63,802 nt of DNA, filler included, from Lama guanicoe (GCA_013239625.1; 99 parts of 99 records of this genome joined end to end with filler, not necessarily neighbours in it), one strand, 5' to 3'; positions 1 through 12,011 are shown, counted from the whole stretch's first letter. Notes: a model not told the origin generated them from the letters alone. Numbers and translations are program-made.

Positions 1-237
1 AAAAAAAATGATTAAAGGCCTAGGAGTAGAAATAACCTGAGGTAAAATTCTGGTTTTGCCCCTTGTAAGGTAGATAATTTAAATCAAATTTTTAACCACA
101 CAGGAGACTGACCTTTGTCATCTGTAATATGTTGTGAAAAAACAGTGCCAAAATTATAGGGTTATTGGAAACCCTATAAGTTTAGAAAAGTGTCTTAAAC
201 ACAGTAAAAGAGGACTAGCCATTTAGGAAAACGTAGG

Positions 238-337
238 NNNNNNNNNNNNNNNNNNNNNNNNNNNNNNNNNNNNNNNNNNNNTTAATTAATTAANNNNNNN
301 NNNNNNNNNNNNNNNNNNNNNNNNNNNNNNNNNNNNN
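238..337. other. Artificial 100-bp scaffold linker (44 N + TTAATTAATTAA + 44 N); first of ~98 copies
   Basis: Same structure recurs every 0.3-1.1 kb; the palindromic 12-mer places TAA stops in all six frames. Confidence 0.98.
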
Positions 338-463
338 GGATTTGCTTTGGCTTCCCTTGCCTTCTGGCTGGTACACACCAGGTCGCCACAACCCAGATGG
401 GCCCGCAGCACAGAGCATATTATGTACCTCGATCTTCTCTCCCCTCTCAGCAGGGCCTGCAAC

Positions 464-748
464 ATGAGCATCCGTGACTACGTGCAGTGTGCTGAGGACC
501 ACCAGACTCTTCCCATTGTGGTCCAACCCGTGGGGATCATCTCAGAGGAGAATTTCTTTTGCATCTATGAGCTGCTCACCTTGGTGAGCCATATCAGCCC
601 ATGCGGCTCCCAGTGGACACTCTGTATCCACTACAGGCACCACTATTTGCCCAGGAATGGGTGGAGCGTCTTCCAGACCCACCGCAAGGTCGTGGGCATT
701 GTCACCATTACTGACTGTCTCTCTGCCAATGCCTTCGAGAAGCTCCAC
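464..748 (+). pseudogene. TRAPPC9: Diverged TRAPPC9 (NIBP/Trs120) N-terminal coding exon copy, truncated by fragment end
   Basis: [32 protein letters not shown]...[26 protein letters not shown] matches the TRAPPC9 N-terminus as recalled ([32 protein letters not shown]...[30 protein letters not shown]), with many substitutions and short deletions; preceded by a pyrimidine tract and CAG. Pseudogene status is inferred from divergence; the frame is open. Confidence 0.85.
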
Positions 749-848
749 NNNNNNNNNNNNNNNNNNNNNNNNNNNNNNNNNNNNNNNNNNNNTTAATTAA
801 TTAANNNNNNNNNNNNNNNNNNNNNNNNNNNNNNNNNNNNNNNNNNNN

Positions 849-1095
849 TGTTTTCTATGTCTGTGAGTCTGTTTCTGTTTTGTAAATAAATTTTTTTTTG
901 TAGATTCCACATATAAGTGATCTCATATGGCGTTTTTCTTTCTCTTTCTGGCTTATTTCATTTAGAATGACAATCTCCAGGTCCATCCATGTTGCTCCAA
1001 ATGGCATGATTTTATCCTTTTTTATGGCTGAGTAGTATTCCATTGTATAAATACACCACAGCTTCTTTATCCAGTCATCTGTCAATGGACATTCA
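849..1095 (-). mobile_element. LINE-1 ORF2 C-terminus/3'UTR fragment
   Basis: Minus translation CPLTDDWIKKLWCIYTMEYYSAIKKDKIMPFGATWMDLE is the L1 ORF2 end. Confidence 0.9.
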
Positions 1096-1337
1096 AGTAT
1101 TTGAAGGAAAGAGTTGGAGAAAGAGTAATCTATTCTCTTCTGCAGAGAGTGAAACATGCCCAAGGCAGTGCAGACTAGCTGGTACCNNNNNNNNNNNNNN
1201 NNNNNNNNNNNNNNNNNNNNNNNNNNNNNNTTAATTAATTAANNNNNNNNNNNNNNNNNNNNNNNNNNNNNNNNNNNNNNNNNNNNTTACCCTCCTCAAA
1301 AAATATATTTTAATTCAAAATTCAAAAAACACAATTC

Positions 1338-1488
1338 AATTGACACAACATTGTAAACTTGACTTTACTTCAATTAAAAAAATCCTTGCTGACTGAAAAA
1401 TTGTGCTGAACATGCTGAACACTGGAATTTGACACAACACTGTAAAATGATTATGAATCAATAAAAAATGTAAAAAAAAAATCCTTGC
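1338..1488 (+). mobile_element. Two stacked L1 3' tails; younger ~85-bp tail (1390-1474) flanked by 14-bp TSD
   Basis: AAAAAAATCCTTGC at 1376-1389 and 1475-1488; insert matches the tail at 24020-24100. Confidence 0.8.
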
Positions 1489-2011
1489 CTTACAAGAATA
1501 TATCTGGATTATGGAAGTTTGCAAATGTAAAATGCCTAGGGTACCACCTGCATAAAAAGAGGTGACTGTGCAAATTTACTATAGCTCTGTTATGATCTAT
1601 ATTTCCTTTGGGGGGATTATAAATTCTAAGAGCTAATTTTCTAAGATTAAAAAAAAATTACCTGATTCTCAGTACTGCTGAAGAGTCAGATAACCCTATG
1701 AAAGCATCTGACCCTCAGAGGTTACTCAATAAATGTTTGTTGAATGAATGAATAAACAAGCAAACAGAATGCTGCTCCCTGCCACAGACCATCATAATGG
1801 TACTGCCTGCAAATCCCAAGCTCACGTTCCATCTGTCTCTACATTAACCATGTGGGTGACCTGGCAGTCCTGAGTGATTCTCTAAGCGCCAGTTTAATCA
1901 TGAATAGAAATNNNNNNNNNNNNNNNNNNNNNNNNNNNNNNNNNNNNNNNNNNNNTTAATTAATTAANNNNNNNNNNNNNNNNNNNNNNNNNNNNNNNNN
2001 NNNNNNNNNNN

Positions 2012-2242
2012 GTAGAACACAGCATGTAGAATATGGAAAACAGAATACAGAACCGAGAACGTAGAATATGGAATGCAGAACACAGAGTTTAGAATTTAGA
2101 ATACATAGTACTGAATAAAGAATTTAGAATATAGAATGTAGAACACAGAATTTAGAGTATAGAACACAGAATGCTGAACATAGTATTTAGAATTTCGAAT
2201 GTTGAACACAGAATATAAAAAATAGAATAGAGAATATAGAAC
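2012..2242. repeat. AT-rich heptamer-based satellite (AGAATAT)n, degenerate
   Basis: AGAAT/AGAAC motif with 7-bp periodicity. Confidence 0.9.
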
Positions 2243-2342
2243 NNNNNNNNNNNNNNNNNNNNNNNNNNNNNNNNNNNNNNNNNNNNTTAATTAATTAANN
2301 NNNNNNNNNNNNNNNNNNNNNNNNNNNNNNNNNNNNNNNNNN

Positions 2343-2767
2343 TCATCTGTATAAATTTTAGTGCTTGTTTACAAGTTGGAAGTCTTTTATACTTTTTCCT
2401 GACTATTTGTTCTGGCTAGGACTTCTAGTAGTGTAATTTAGGACTTGTGAAAACGAGCTAGTTTTTCGTATTACTGGACCAGAGGAAAAACTTCCTGTAT
2501 TTTAACATTGAACTTGATGTTAGTCATGGGTTTTTCATATATGGCTTTTATTATCTTTAGATATATTCTATCTAGAGCGAATTTATTAACAATTTTTGTA
2601 TACAAAAGTTAAGATCAGTTCTGTCAATCATTTTCCTACATTTTGGAGATTGTTACTTTTGCATTCTCTGTTTTTAAGGGATGGTATCACATTTATTGTT
2701 TTGCATATGTTGTATAAAATTTATGAATCAGGACTTAATCAAACTTAACTATATTTTATAATACTTA
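2343..2767 (-). mobile_element. Old L1 ORF2 fragment
   Basis: Resembles antisense L1 RT region (CTGGCTAGGACTTCTAGT, GATGTTAGTCATGGGTTTTTCATATATGGC). Confidence 0.6.
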
Positions 2768-4162
2768 NNNNNNNNNNNNNNNNNNNNNNNNNNNNNNNNN
2801 NNNNNNNNNNNTTAATTAATTAANNNNNNNNNNNNNNNNNNNNNNNNNNNNNNNNNNNNNNNNNNNNTTCAATAATTGTCTTGGGACAATCAGAGAATCC
2901 CCTGGAAAAACAAATTATATTCCAGTCATAATTACCGCAAGAAAAATTACAGAAAGTGATATGAATATTAGAAAGTACTAATAACAGCGAATATAATTCT
3001 TTGCTCATATTAATTCAACTTCTCCTCACTATAAAAATTACCATTATCATCTCCATCTTAGAGATTAAAAAAACCTACAGAAGGAATTTATACCATTATA
3101 AGAAAGTATTTCTGAGAATAATATCAAGGATAAAACCCAAAAAGAAGACAATTACTATCCTAAGATTAGTTTGGGCCACAATAAAAATGAACCTACTGAA
3201 CAAAATGAAAGGCAAAAAATGACAAGGAATAGCTCTCTGATACATGTTGATGAAGACAAGTGGTTAATGTTCATAATATACATAGAGCTTTCACAAAGCA
3301 ACAGGAAGCTCCCTCACTTAAATTTGTGCAAAGGACAAAAGAGATCATTCACTTTTTAAAAGTCAGATGGCTAATGAGTGAAAAATGCTCAATACCTCAC
3401 TGGTCATCAAGTGCAAATTAAAACAATGAAATAGTAATTTTGCTCATCATACTGGCACATATATTTAAAAGATATTTTAGCTAGTGTCCATCTTTGAGAG
3501 AACAAACTGTGANNNNNNNNNNNNNNNNNNNNNNNNNNNNNNNNNNNNNNNNNNNNTTAATTAATTAANNNNNNNNNNNNNNNNNNNNNNNNNNNNNNNN
3601 NNNNNNNNNNNNTGAGAAATCTACTATTTACACATGAAAAATGATCAGTTTCAAACTATCTCCCTCTATCTTGTTCTTCCTCTCCTCGCACTTCCTAGAA
3701 CGTTAAATATAATGTACAAGGGCAGCTTGATGTGTCAGTAGGGATGATATAGTTTTACAATAGGGAAGACAGGGACTCCCATGAGGTCCCAGGATTAGTA
3801 CATAGAGTGGCATTTCTTTTTTATTACAAAAAATGATTAAAGTCTAATGAGGACATACAAGGGACATAATACACCATTACAAGCTAAAGTCATGGATCAG
3901 AGCAGACAGAATACATAGCCCTTTTGCCCTCATGGAACTTAAGTTTTAATATAATGTTTGAGATGTATCCACATTTCATACAACCCTAGGAAATGACAGA
4001 AAATAATAAAATGAATTTCAATTTATTTGTATTTCTTCTAAAATATAATTCAGCCTAGTGAANNNNNNNNNNNNNNNNNNNNNNNNNNNNNNNNNNNNNN
4101 NNNNNNTTAATTAATTAANNNNNNNNNNNNNNNNNNNNNNNNNNNNNNNNNNNNNNNNNNNN

Positions 4163-4760
4163 TAAAACATGGAATGCAGAACACAGAATTTGGAATATAA
4201 AAAACTGTATAATGAATATAGAATTAAGAATATAGAATGAAGAACACAGATATAGAATATAGAGTATGGAATGCAGAATATAGAATATAGAATAGAGAAT
4301 ATAGAACCCAGAATTTAGATCATTGAAAGCAGAACACAGAATTTACATTATAGTATACAGAATATAGAATATAGAATAGAGAATATAGAACCCAGAATTT
4401 AGATCATTGAAAGCAGAACACAGAATTTACATTATAGTATACAGAATATAGAATATAGAATAGAGAATATAGAACCCAGAATTTAGATCATTGAAAGCAG
4501 AACACAGAATTTACATTATAGTATACAGAATATAGAATGTAGAACACAGATTACAGAATATGGAAAACAAAATACAAAACACAGAATTGAGAACATGGAA
4601 TGCAGGACACAGAATTTACATTATAGTATACAGAATACTGAATATAGAATTTAGAATATAGAATTTAGAACACAGAATATGGAATACAGACTACGGAATG
4701 CAGAATATAGGGTATACAATATAGAATGATGAACACAAAATATACAATATAGAATAGAGA
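4163..4760. repeat. AT-rich heptamer satellite with near-perfect 84-bp higher-order unit
   Basis: GAACCCAGAATTTAGATCATTG at 4304, 4388, 4472. Confidence 0.92.
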
Positions 4761-4860
4761 NNNNNNNNNNNNNNNNNNNNNNNNNNNNNNNNNNNNNNNN
4801 NNNNTTAATTAATTAANNNNNNNNNNNNNNNNNNNNNNNNNNNNNNNNNNNNNNNNNNNN

Positions 4861-5546
4861 TAAGTAGAAGGACTAGCCTTAGGGCAAGGGGCTGGGATTC
4901 CCAGGTAGTTGGCCGTTTCCCACCCTGTGACCTTTTGTGGCTAGCCTTGGAATTGCCTTGGTGCCTGGGGCCATGTTATTCACCATGTTACTATTACAAT
5001 GGGTGTTTACTGAAGCTCAAGCTCTGCTAGAAGTTAAATCTATTCATCCTGAGCCTCAAGGCCTATTGGGGGTTGAATCCTTCTCCATTTTGATGTTAAT
5101 TGATGTGGCCTTACTTGAATGGCTGTGCTTTGCCCCTTTCCATCCTGTCTCACTGTGTTGACACAGAGAGAGCAAAGGCCAGCCCGGCCTGTGCTCCTGC
5201 ATTTAACAGCGGGAGGGGTGGGGTGGTCTTATGATAACTCTGAGTGGTGAGAAGGATGTTTCAGATTTTCCCACGAGAGACATGGGGACCTGCAAGCAGC
5301 CACCGCAGATTTATCTCACGGGCATTATCGCTTGTGTTGTTACGGAAACAACAGGCCAGCCAAGAAAAAAGCACCACTCGGAGGGTAGGAGTACTGAGAT
5401 TTACTACGCCGGCGGGCTCAGAGGGGCTTCTGTTCTGAAGCTCTGAACACCTCCAAGACCTGCACATGAGGTTTTATAGGGGTAATTAAAAGTATTAGGC
5501 TATTGTCTAATAAGGCTCAAACAACAAAAAGCAAGGAATTAGTACA
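4861..5546 (-). mobile_element. Cluster of ERV LTR fragments (approx. 4861-5152 and 5338-5546)
   Basis: LTR-like termini (...CCTGTCTCA at 5152; TGTTACGG at 5338) and resemblance to artiodactyl ERV LTRs; family not assigned. Confidence 0.45.
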
Positions 5547-5646
5547 NNNNNNNNNNNNNNNNNNNNNNNNNNNNNNNNNNNNNNNNNNNNTTAATTAATT
5601 AANNNNNNNNNNNNNNNNNNNNNNNNNNNNNNNNNNNNNNNNNNNN

Positions 5647-5864
5647 GAAGAACTGGTTTCAGTGGGACATTCCCGTGGCACTAAAAAGCACAAGCTCACT
5701 CACACTCTGACCTTCTGGAAACACTCCAAAATAACATAGAGTAGAATGCAGAGCTGAGAACCGTTAGAAGCTCCATTTCCACCAGAGGAAGTGTCCTGTG
5801 CTCTTTCACATTTTATGAGATAAGCGTAATCAAAATGAGGTTATCCTAATCAAAATAGTATGGG
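5647..5864 (+). repeat. Unclassified multi-copy sequence (homologous to 41862-42009, opposite strand)
   Basis: TGGAAACACTCCAAAAT-ACATAGAG-AGAATGCAGAGCTGAGAA...AAATAGTATGGG shared by both fragments. Confidence 0.8.
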
Positions 5865-5964
5865 NNNNNNNNNNNNNNNNNNNNNNNNNNNNNNNNNNNN
5901 NNNNNNNNTTAATTAATTAANNNNNNNNNNNNNNNNNNNNNNNNNNNNNNNNNNNNNNNNNNNN

Positions 5965-6439
5965 TCGAGCTCCCCACGCACTGACAATGTTTCCGGAGTC
6001 CTGAGCGTCGGGAAGTTCCAGCAACGTTCGGCAGCGCGTGGGTTCTAACGGAATACCTAAGCTCGACTCCCCTGGGTTTTTTCTTAATGTCTCTGTGACA
6101 GGGAATGCTAGGGGGGTTTGCAGGAAATCCCAGTGACAGAGGCTGCATCCCCAAGGTCCGGGAAGGTATTTCTCAGAATTCCCCCTAACAGGGAAAACCT
6201 GTGACTGAAGAGAGCTGCGTGGAATTGTCTCGTGAGCTCCCCACGCACTAACAATGCTCCCGGTATCCTGAGCGTGGGGAGGTTCCACCAACGGTCGGCA
6301 GCGCGTGGGTTCTAACGGAATGCCTATGCTCGTCTCCCTGGGTTTTTTCTTAATGTCTCTGTGACAGGGAATGCTAGGGGGCTTGCAGGCAATCCCAGTG
6401 AAAGAGGCTGCCTCCCCAAGTTCAGGGAAGTTATTTCTC
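5965..6439 (-). repeat. 267-bp GC-rich satellite (subtype 1)
   Basis: Reverse complement of the monomer at 26776-27551; carries AGGGGGAATTCTGAGAAAT. Confidence 0.92.
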
Positions 6440-6539
6440 NNNNNNNNNNNNNNNNNNNNNNNNNNNNNNNNNNNNNNNNNNNNTTAATTAATTAANNNNN
6501 NNNNNNNNNNNNNNNNNNNNNNNNNNNNNNNNNNNNNNN

Positions 6540-7070
6540 CAAATAATATGACCAATAGGGTTTAATACCACAATATATTAACAGCTCACACAACTCAACT
6601 CCAAAAAACAAACAATTCAATTTAAAAATGGGCAGAAGACAAGAATGGACTTTTTTTCCAAAGAAAAAGCAGCACACAAATAACTGCTCAACATTGCTAA
6701 TCATCAGGGAAATGCAAATCAAAATCATAATGAGATACCTCACACCTGTCCACATGCCCATCATCAAAAAGTATACAACTAACAATTGTTAGTGAGGTGT
6801 GGAGGAAAGGGACCCCTTGTACACTGCTAATGTGATTGTAAACTGGTGCAGCCACTATGGAAAACAGTACAGAGGTTCCTCAAAAAATTAAAAATAAGAC
6901 TACCATGTGATCCAGCAAATCCACTGCTGGATATATATCCAAAGAAAATGAAAACACTAATGTAAAAAGATACAGCTATGCCAATGTTCATAGCAGCATT
7001 ATTTACAATAGTCAAGATATATAAGCAACCTAAATGTCCATCAACAGATGAATGAATAAGGAAGATGTGT
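6540..7070 (+). mobile_element. L1 ORF2 3' region fragment
   Basis: GAAATGCAAATCAAAA...AACTGGTGCAGCCACTATGGAAAACAGT...CCAATGTTCATAGCAGCATTATTTACAATAG. Confidence 0.92.
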
Positions 7071-7078
7071 TCTGTCTG

Positions 7079-7118
<40 letters not shown>
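7079..7118. repeat. (TCTA)n microsatellite
   Basis: About 10 perfect units. Confidence 0.95.
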
Positions 7119-7218
7119 NNNNNNNNNNNNNNNNNNNNNNNNNNNNNNNNNNNNNNNNNNNNTTAATTAATTAANNNNNNNNNNNNNNNNNNNNNNNNNN
7201 NNNNNNNNNNNNNNNNNN

Positions 7219-8002
7219 GCAGCTCTCTTCAGTCACAGGTGTTCCCTTTTAGGGGGAATTATGAGAATTATCTTCCCTGAAATTGGGGAGCCAGCCTCTA
7301 TCACTGGGATTTCCTACAAAGTCCCCTAGCATTCCCTGGCACATAGACATTAGGAAAAAATCCAGAGGAGTCGAGCTTAGGCATTCCGTTTGGAACCACG
7401 TGCTGCCGACCTTTGTTGGAACCTCCCCAAGATCAGGATTCCGGAACCATTGTCAGTGCGTTGGGAGGTCGAGGGATAACCCCACCCAGCTCTCTTAAGA
7501 CACAGGTGTTCCCTGTTAGGGGGAATTCTGAGAAATAAATTCCCTGATCTTGGGGAGGCAGCCTCTGTCACTGGGATTTCCTGCAAACCTCCCTAACATT
7601 CCGTGGCACAGTGACACTAGGGAAAAACCCAGGGGAGTCGAGCTTAGGCATTCCGTTAGAACCCACGCGCTGCCGACTTTTAGTGGAACCTCCCCACCCT
7701 CAGGATTCCTGAAACATTGTCAGTGCGTGGGGAGATCGAGAGAAAACTCCACGCAGCTCTCTTCTGTCACAGGTGTACCCTGTTATGGGGAATTCTGAGA
7801 AATAAATTCCCTCACCTTGGGGAGGCAGCCTCTGTCACTGGGATTTCCTGCAAACACCCCTAGCATTCCCTGGCACAGATACAATAGGAAAAAACCCAGG
7901 GAAGATGAGCTTAGGCATTCCGTTATAACCTTCGCGCTGCCGACAATTGGTGTAACCTCCCCACGCTCAGGATTCCGGAACCATTGACAGTGCGTGGGGA
8001 GC
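7219..8002 (+). repeat. 267-bp GC-rich satellite (subtype 1), ~3 monomers
   Basis: Repeated TTGGGGAGGCAGCCTCTGTCACTGGGATTTCC. Confidence 0.95.
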
Positions 8003-8235
8003 NNNNNNNNNNNNNNNNNNNNNNNNNNNNNNNNNNNNNNNNNNNNTTAATTAATTAANNNNNNNNNNNNNNNNNNNNNNNNNNNNNNNNNNNNNNNNNN
8101 NNCTCACAGCACAGGTCTTTACGATTTTGAAGTATGCCCCACCATCATTTGCAGAATACTGTTCTACTTTTGAGAAACAGCTTTGGCCTGTAGGGATTAA
8201 ATGTATAACCATGGGCCACCAAGTTGCATGCAACC

Positions 8236-8584
8236 TGTGATGGTTAATTTTCTGTATCAACTTGACTATGTCATAGGATACACAGATATTTGATCAAAAA
8301 TTATTGTGTTTGTCCATAAGGGTGTTTTTGAATGAGATTAACATTTGAATCAGAGTAAAGCAGATTACTGTCCCTAATATTGGTTTCCCTCATGCAGTCA
8401 GTTGAGGGCCTGAATAAAATAAAAAGACTAGCCCTTCTAAGAGTAAGAGTGATCTCCTCCTGCCGGACCACATGATCTGAGATACCAGTTTTTTCCTGGC
8501 TTCAGATTTGGACTGGAATTATAGGATTGGCTCTTCTCAGCTTGCTGATTGCAGTACTTGGAACATCTCAGCTTCTGTAATCGT
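8236..8584 (+). mobile_element. MLT2-type ERVL LTR
   Basis: Begins TGTGATGGTTAATTTT..TATCAACTTGACT; internal TGAGATTAACATTTGAATC..AGTAAAGCAGATT..CAGTTGAGGGCCTGAATA. Confidence 0.8.
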
Positions 8585-8684
8585 NNNNNNNNNNNNNNNN
8601 NNNNNNNNNNNNNNNNNNNNNNNNNNNNTTAATTAATTAANNNNNNNNNNNNNNNNNNNNNNNNNNNNNNNNNNNNNNNNNNNN

Positions 8685-9201
8685 AGTCGAGCTTAGGCAT
8701 TCCTTAGAACCCACGCGCTGCCGACCGTTGGTGAAACCTCCCCATCCTAGGAATCCAGAACCATTGTCAGTGCGTGGGGGAGCTCGAGAGACAACTCCAA
8801 GCAGCTCTCTTCAGTCACAGGTGTTCCCTGTTAGGGGGAATTCTGAGAAATACCTTACCAAACTTGGGGAGGCAGCGTCTGTCACTGGGATTGCCTGCAA
8901 TCCCCTCTAGCATACCCTGGCACAGAGATATTAGGAAAAAACCCAGGGGAGTCGAGCTTAGGCATTCGGTTTGAACCCACGCGCTGCCGACCTTTGGTGG
9001 AACCTCCCCACGCTCAGGATTCCGAAACCATTGTCAGTGCGTGGGGGAGCTCGAGAGACAACTCCACGCAGCTCTCTTCATTCACAGGGGTTCCGTGTTA
9101 TTTGAAGTCCGAGAAATAACTTCCCTTACCTTGGGGAGACAGCCTCTGTCTCTGGGATTGCCTGCAAACCCCCCTAGCATTCCCTTGCACAGAGACGTTA
9201 G
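8685..9201 (+). repeat. 267-bp GC-rich satellite, ~2 monomers
   Basis: Same monomer motifs. Confidence 0.93.
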
Positions 9202-9301
9202 NNNNNNNNNNNNNNNNNNNNNNNNNNNNNNNNNNNNNNNNNNNNTTAATTAATTAANNNNNNNNNNNNNNNNNNNNNNNNNNNNNNNNNNNNNNNNNNN
9301 N

Positions 9302-9739
9302 GTGTCAGTGATGTGGGAGGTACAGTAATGGAAACCACCCTATCACAACAACAAAAACAAAACAAAACAACCAACAAATTTTTAAAAAGGAGAATACTTT
9401 AAGGGACCTCTAGGACATCGTGCATACCAACATTCAAATTATAGGGACCCCAGAAGAAGAGGAGAGAAAAGGGTCGAAAATGTATTTGATGAAATGATGG
9501 CTGAAAACTTCCTGATGCTGAAGAAGGAAACAGACATCCAGGAAGCACAGAGGGTCCCAAACAAGCGAATACAAAGAGACTCACACCCGGACATAACATA
9601 ATTGAAAGGGCAGAAGTTAAAGATAAAGAGAGACTTCTAAAGGCAGCAAGAGGAAAAGAAAGAGTCAGTTACAGGGAATCCTCAGAAGAGTGTCAGCTGA
9701 TTTTTCTGCAGACACATCGCAGGCCAGAAGAGGGCGGCA
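9302..9739 (+). mobile_element. L1 ORF1 fragment (degenerate)
   Basis: ATTATAGGGACCCCAGAAG..TGGCTGAAAACTTCC..CATCCAGGAAGCACAGAGGGTCCCAAAC..TCAGCTGATTTTTC. Confidence 0.88.
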
Positions 9740-9869
9740 NNNNNNNNNNNNNNNNNNNNNNNNNNNNNNNNNNNNNNNNNNNNTTAATTAATTAANNNNN
9801 NNNNNNNNNNNNNNNNNNNNNNNNNNNNNNNNNNNNNNNTACATTTATAACAACTCATCAAAATGAATT

Positions 9870-10130
9870 TCTAGTGTACTGTAAGGTCACTGTGGAAACC
9901 TAAGACATTCCCTATGCTTTGGACATTTACTAGCTTATATAACAGTAGGAATTTTCAGATATGCAGTGTATTGTTCATGTACACCAAAGGCCCTTCCATA
10001 TTTTTTTACATTCATAGGTTTTCTCATGAGAAAGAACTCTCATCATGAGCAAAGTCTGAACTACAAAGATGTACTCATATCCCTTTACCTGTAGAGCATC
10101 TCTTATAAATTCCCTGATACACAGTAAAAG
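9870..10130 (-). pseudogene. Decayed C2H2 zinc-finger repeats
   Basis: Minus strand GAGAAAACCTATGAATGTAAAAAAATATGGAAGGGCCTTT resembles GEKPYECKxCGKAF, with frameshifts. Confidence 0.45.
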
Positions 10131-11198
10131 ATTTATGCTTATAATTGGCTACATTTTCAGAAATTATTTTCATTTAGCTAAAATGTCCCCCTGGAGACCC
10201 TTCCCTCAATCTTGCTTTTGTTTTGCCAGTTATTTCTAAAAATGTTGTCCTCAGGGTCAAGGATTTTACTTTTTTCAATTACCTTGCATTAGGAACCTTT
10301 TTTCTTTTTCTTTTTTTAATAAAAATGTCTTTGTCTTACATCTGGACTCCAAATGTGAAAGAACAGGAGAAAGGAAACATGATTTTATTTTCCCTGTGCC
10401 AGAAAAATTAAATTGTTATTAAAGACATAGAGGAAACANNNNNNNNNNNNNNNNNNNNNNNNNNNNNNNNNNNNNNNNNNNNTTAATTAATTAANNNNNN
10501 NNNNNNNNNNNNNNNNNNNNNNNNNNNNNNNNNNNNNNAAAATAGGGAAGAGAAGCAAGTTATGCAGTTACTTTGAGCCTTTCTGGATACAATATCTGCA
10601 TTGATTATAACCTGCATAAGCCACGTGTTATTTTATCCACCCTGTATGCCCAGGCTCATGGGAAATACTCCAGTGAACTCAGTCTGTCAACAGGGGCCAA
10701 GAGGAAAACACACTAAGGATTATAAACATGATATCAACATTTGTACCAACATTGAAACAAGAAACTTGGGGGACAATATCCATTGTGACAACAAGGTGTG
10801 AGAAATAGGCCAGAAGCATGTGGAATATTCTGCATACTATCTATGAGGAAATAGCTAAACATGGAAATGTTTTAGAAGAGCTTTCCTGAAATTCGTAAAC
10901 CAAGATTTCTCTGAAGAGTAGATCATTTTTTTTCCTTGCTGACTAAAATCCTAGGATGAGTGAATCTCATGTGTAAATATTATATTTTGTTTTCTCATAA
11001 AAAAAAATGTCTCCATGAAAGTGGCTCTTTGATAAAGGGTCAGTTTTTGAAGAAGACCTAAGAATTCCTAATGACTATGCACCTAAGAGCAGATAATCNN
11101 NNNNNNNNNNNNNNNNNNNNNNNNNNNNNNNNNNNNNNNNNNTTAATTAATTAANNNNNNNNNNNNNNNNNNNNNNNNNNNNNNNNNNNNNNNNNNNN

Positions 11199-12011
11199 TA
11201 AATCCTATATTCAGTATTCTTTGGTCTATATTTTTAATTCTGTGTTCTACATTCTATAGTCTAAATACTATATTCAGCATTTTGTATTCAATATTCTAAA
11301 TTCTGTGTTCCGAAATCTTTATTCTAATTTCTATATTCAGTATTCTGTATTCTATATTCTATATTCTGTGTTCTGCTTTCAATATTGTAAATACTATATT
11401 CAGCATTCTGTATTCTATATTATAATTTCTGTGTTCTACATTCTTTATTATAAATTCTATATTCAGTATTATGTAATCTATATTCTTAATTATGTGTTCT
11501 GCATAGCATAATCTTAATTCTGGATTCTATATTCTCTATTCTACCTTCCATATTCTGTGTTCTACATTCTATATTCTAAAATCTATATTCAGTATTCTTT
11601 ATTCTATATTCTAAATTCTGTGTTCTACATTCTATATTCTAAACTCTATATTCAGTATTCTTTTTTCTATATTCTAAATTCTGTGTTCTACATTCTATAT
11701 TCTAAACTCTATATTCAGTATTCTTTTTTCTATATTCTAAATTCTGTGTTCTACATTCTATATTCTAAACTCTATATTCAGTATTCTTTTTTCTATATTC
11801 TAAATTCTGTGTTCTACATTCTATATTCTAAATTCTATATTCAGTATTCCGTATGCTATATTCTAAATTCTGTGTTCTGCATTCCATGTTCTAAATTCTG
11901 TGTTCTATATTCTATATTCTATATTCTATATTCTGAGTTCTACATTCTATTGTCAAAAACTATATTCAGCTTTCTGTATTCAATATTATAAATTCTGGGT
12001 TCTACAATCTA
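11199..12011. repeat. AT-rich heptamer satellite with 63-bp higher-order unit
   Basis: TGTTCTACATTCTATATTCTAAA recurs every 63 bp at ~11558-11870. Confidence 0.93.

Noticed and set aside
282..293. Regularly interspaced palindromic TTAATTAATTAA as a CRISPR-like or recombination repeat
   Set aside because: Always embedded in exactly 44+44 N; an artificial six-frame stop linker
347..463. N-terminal extension of the TRAPPC9-like ORF
   Set aside because: Starts at a non-ATG codon and runs through an intron-like acceptor; homology begins at ATG 464
11305..11991. F/Y/I/L/S-rich ORFs (also 22257, 38435, 42564, 63037) as membrane proteins
   Set aside because: Translations of the heptamer satellite; low complexity and no gene structure
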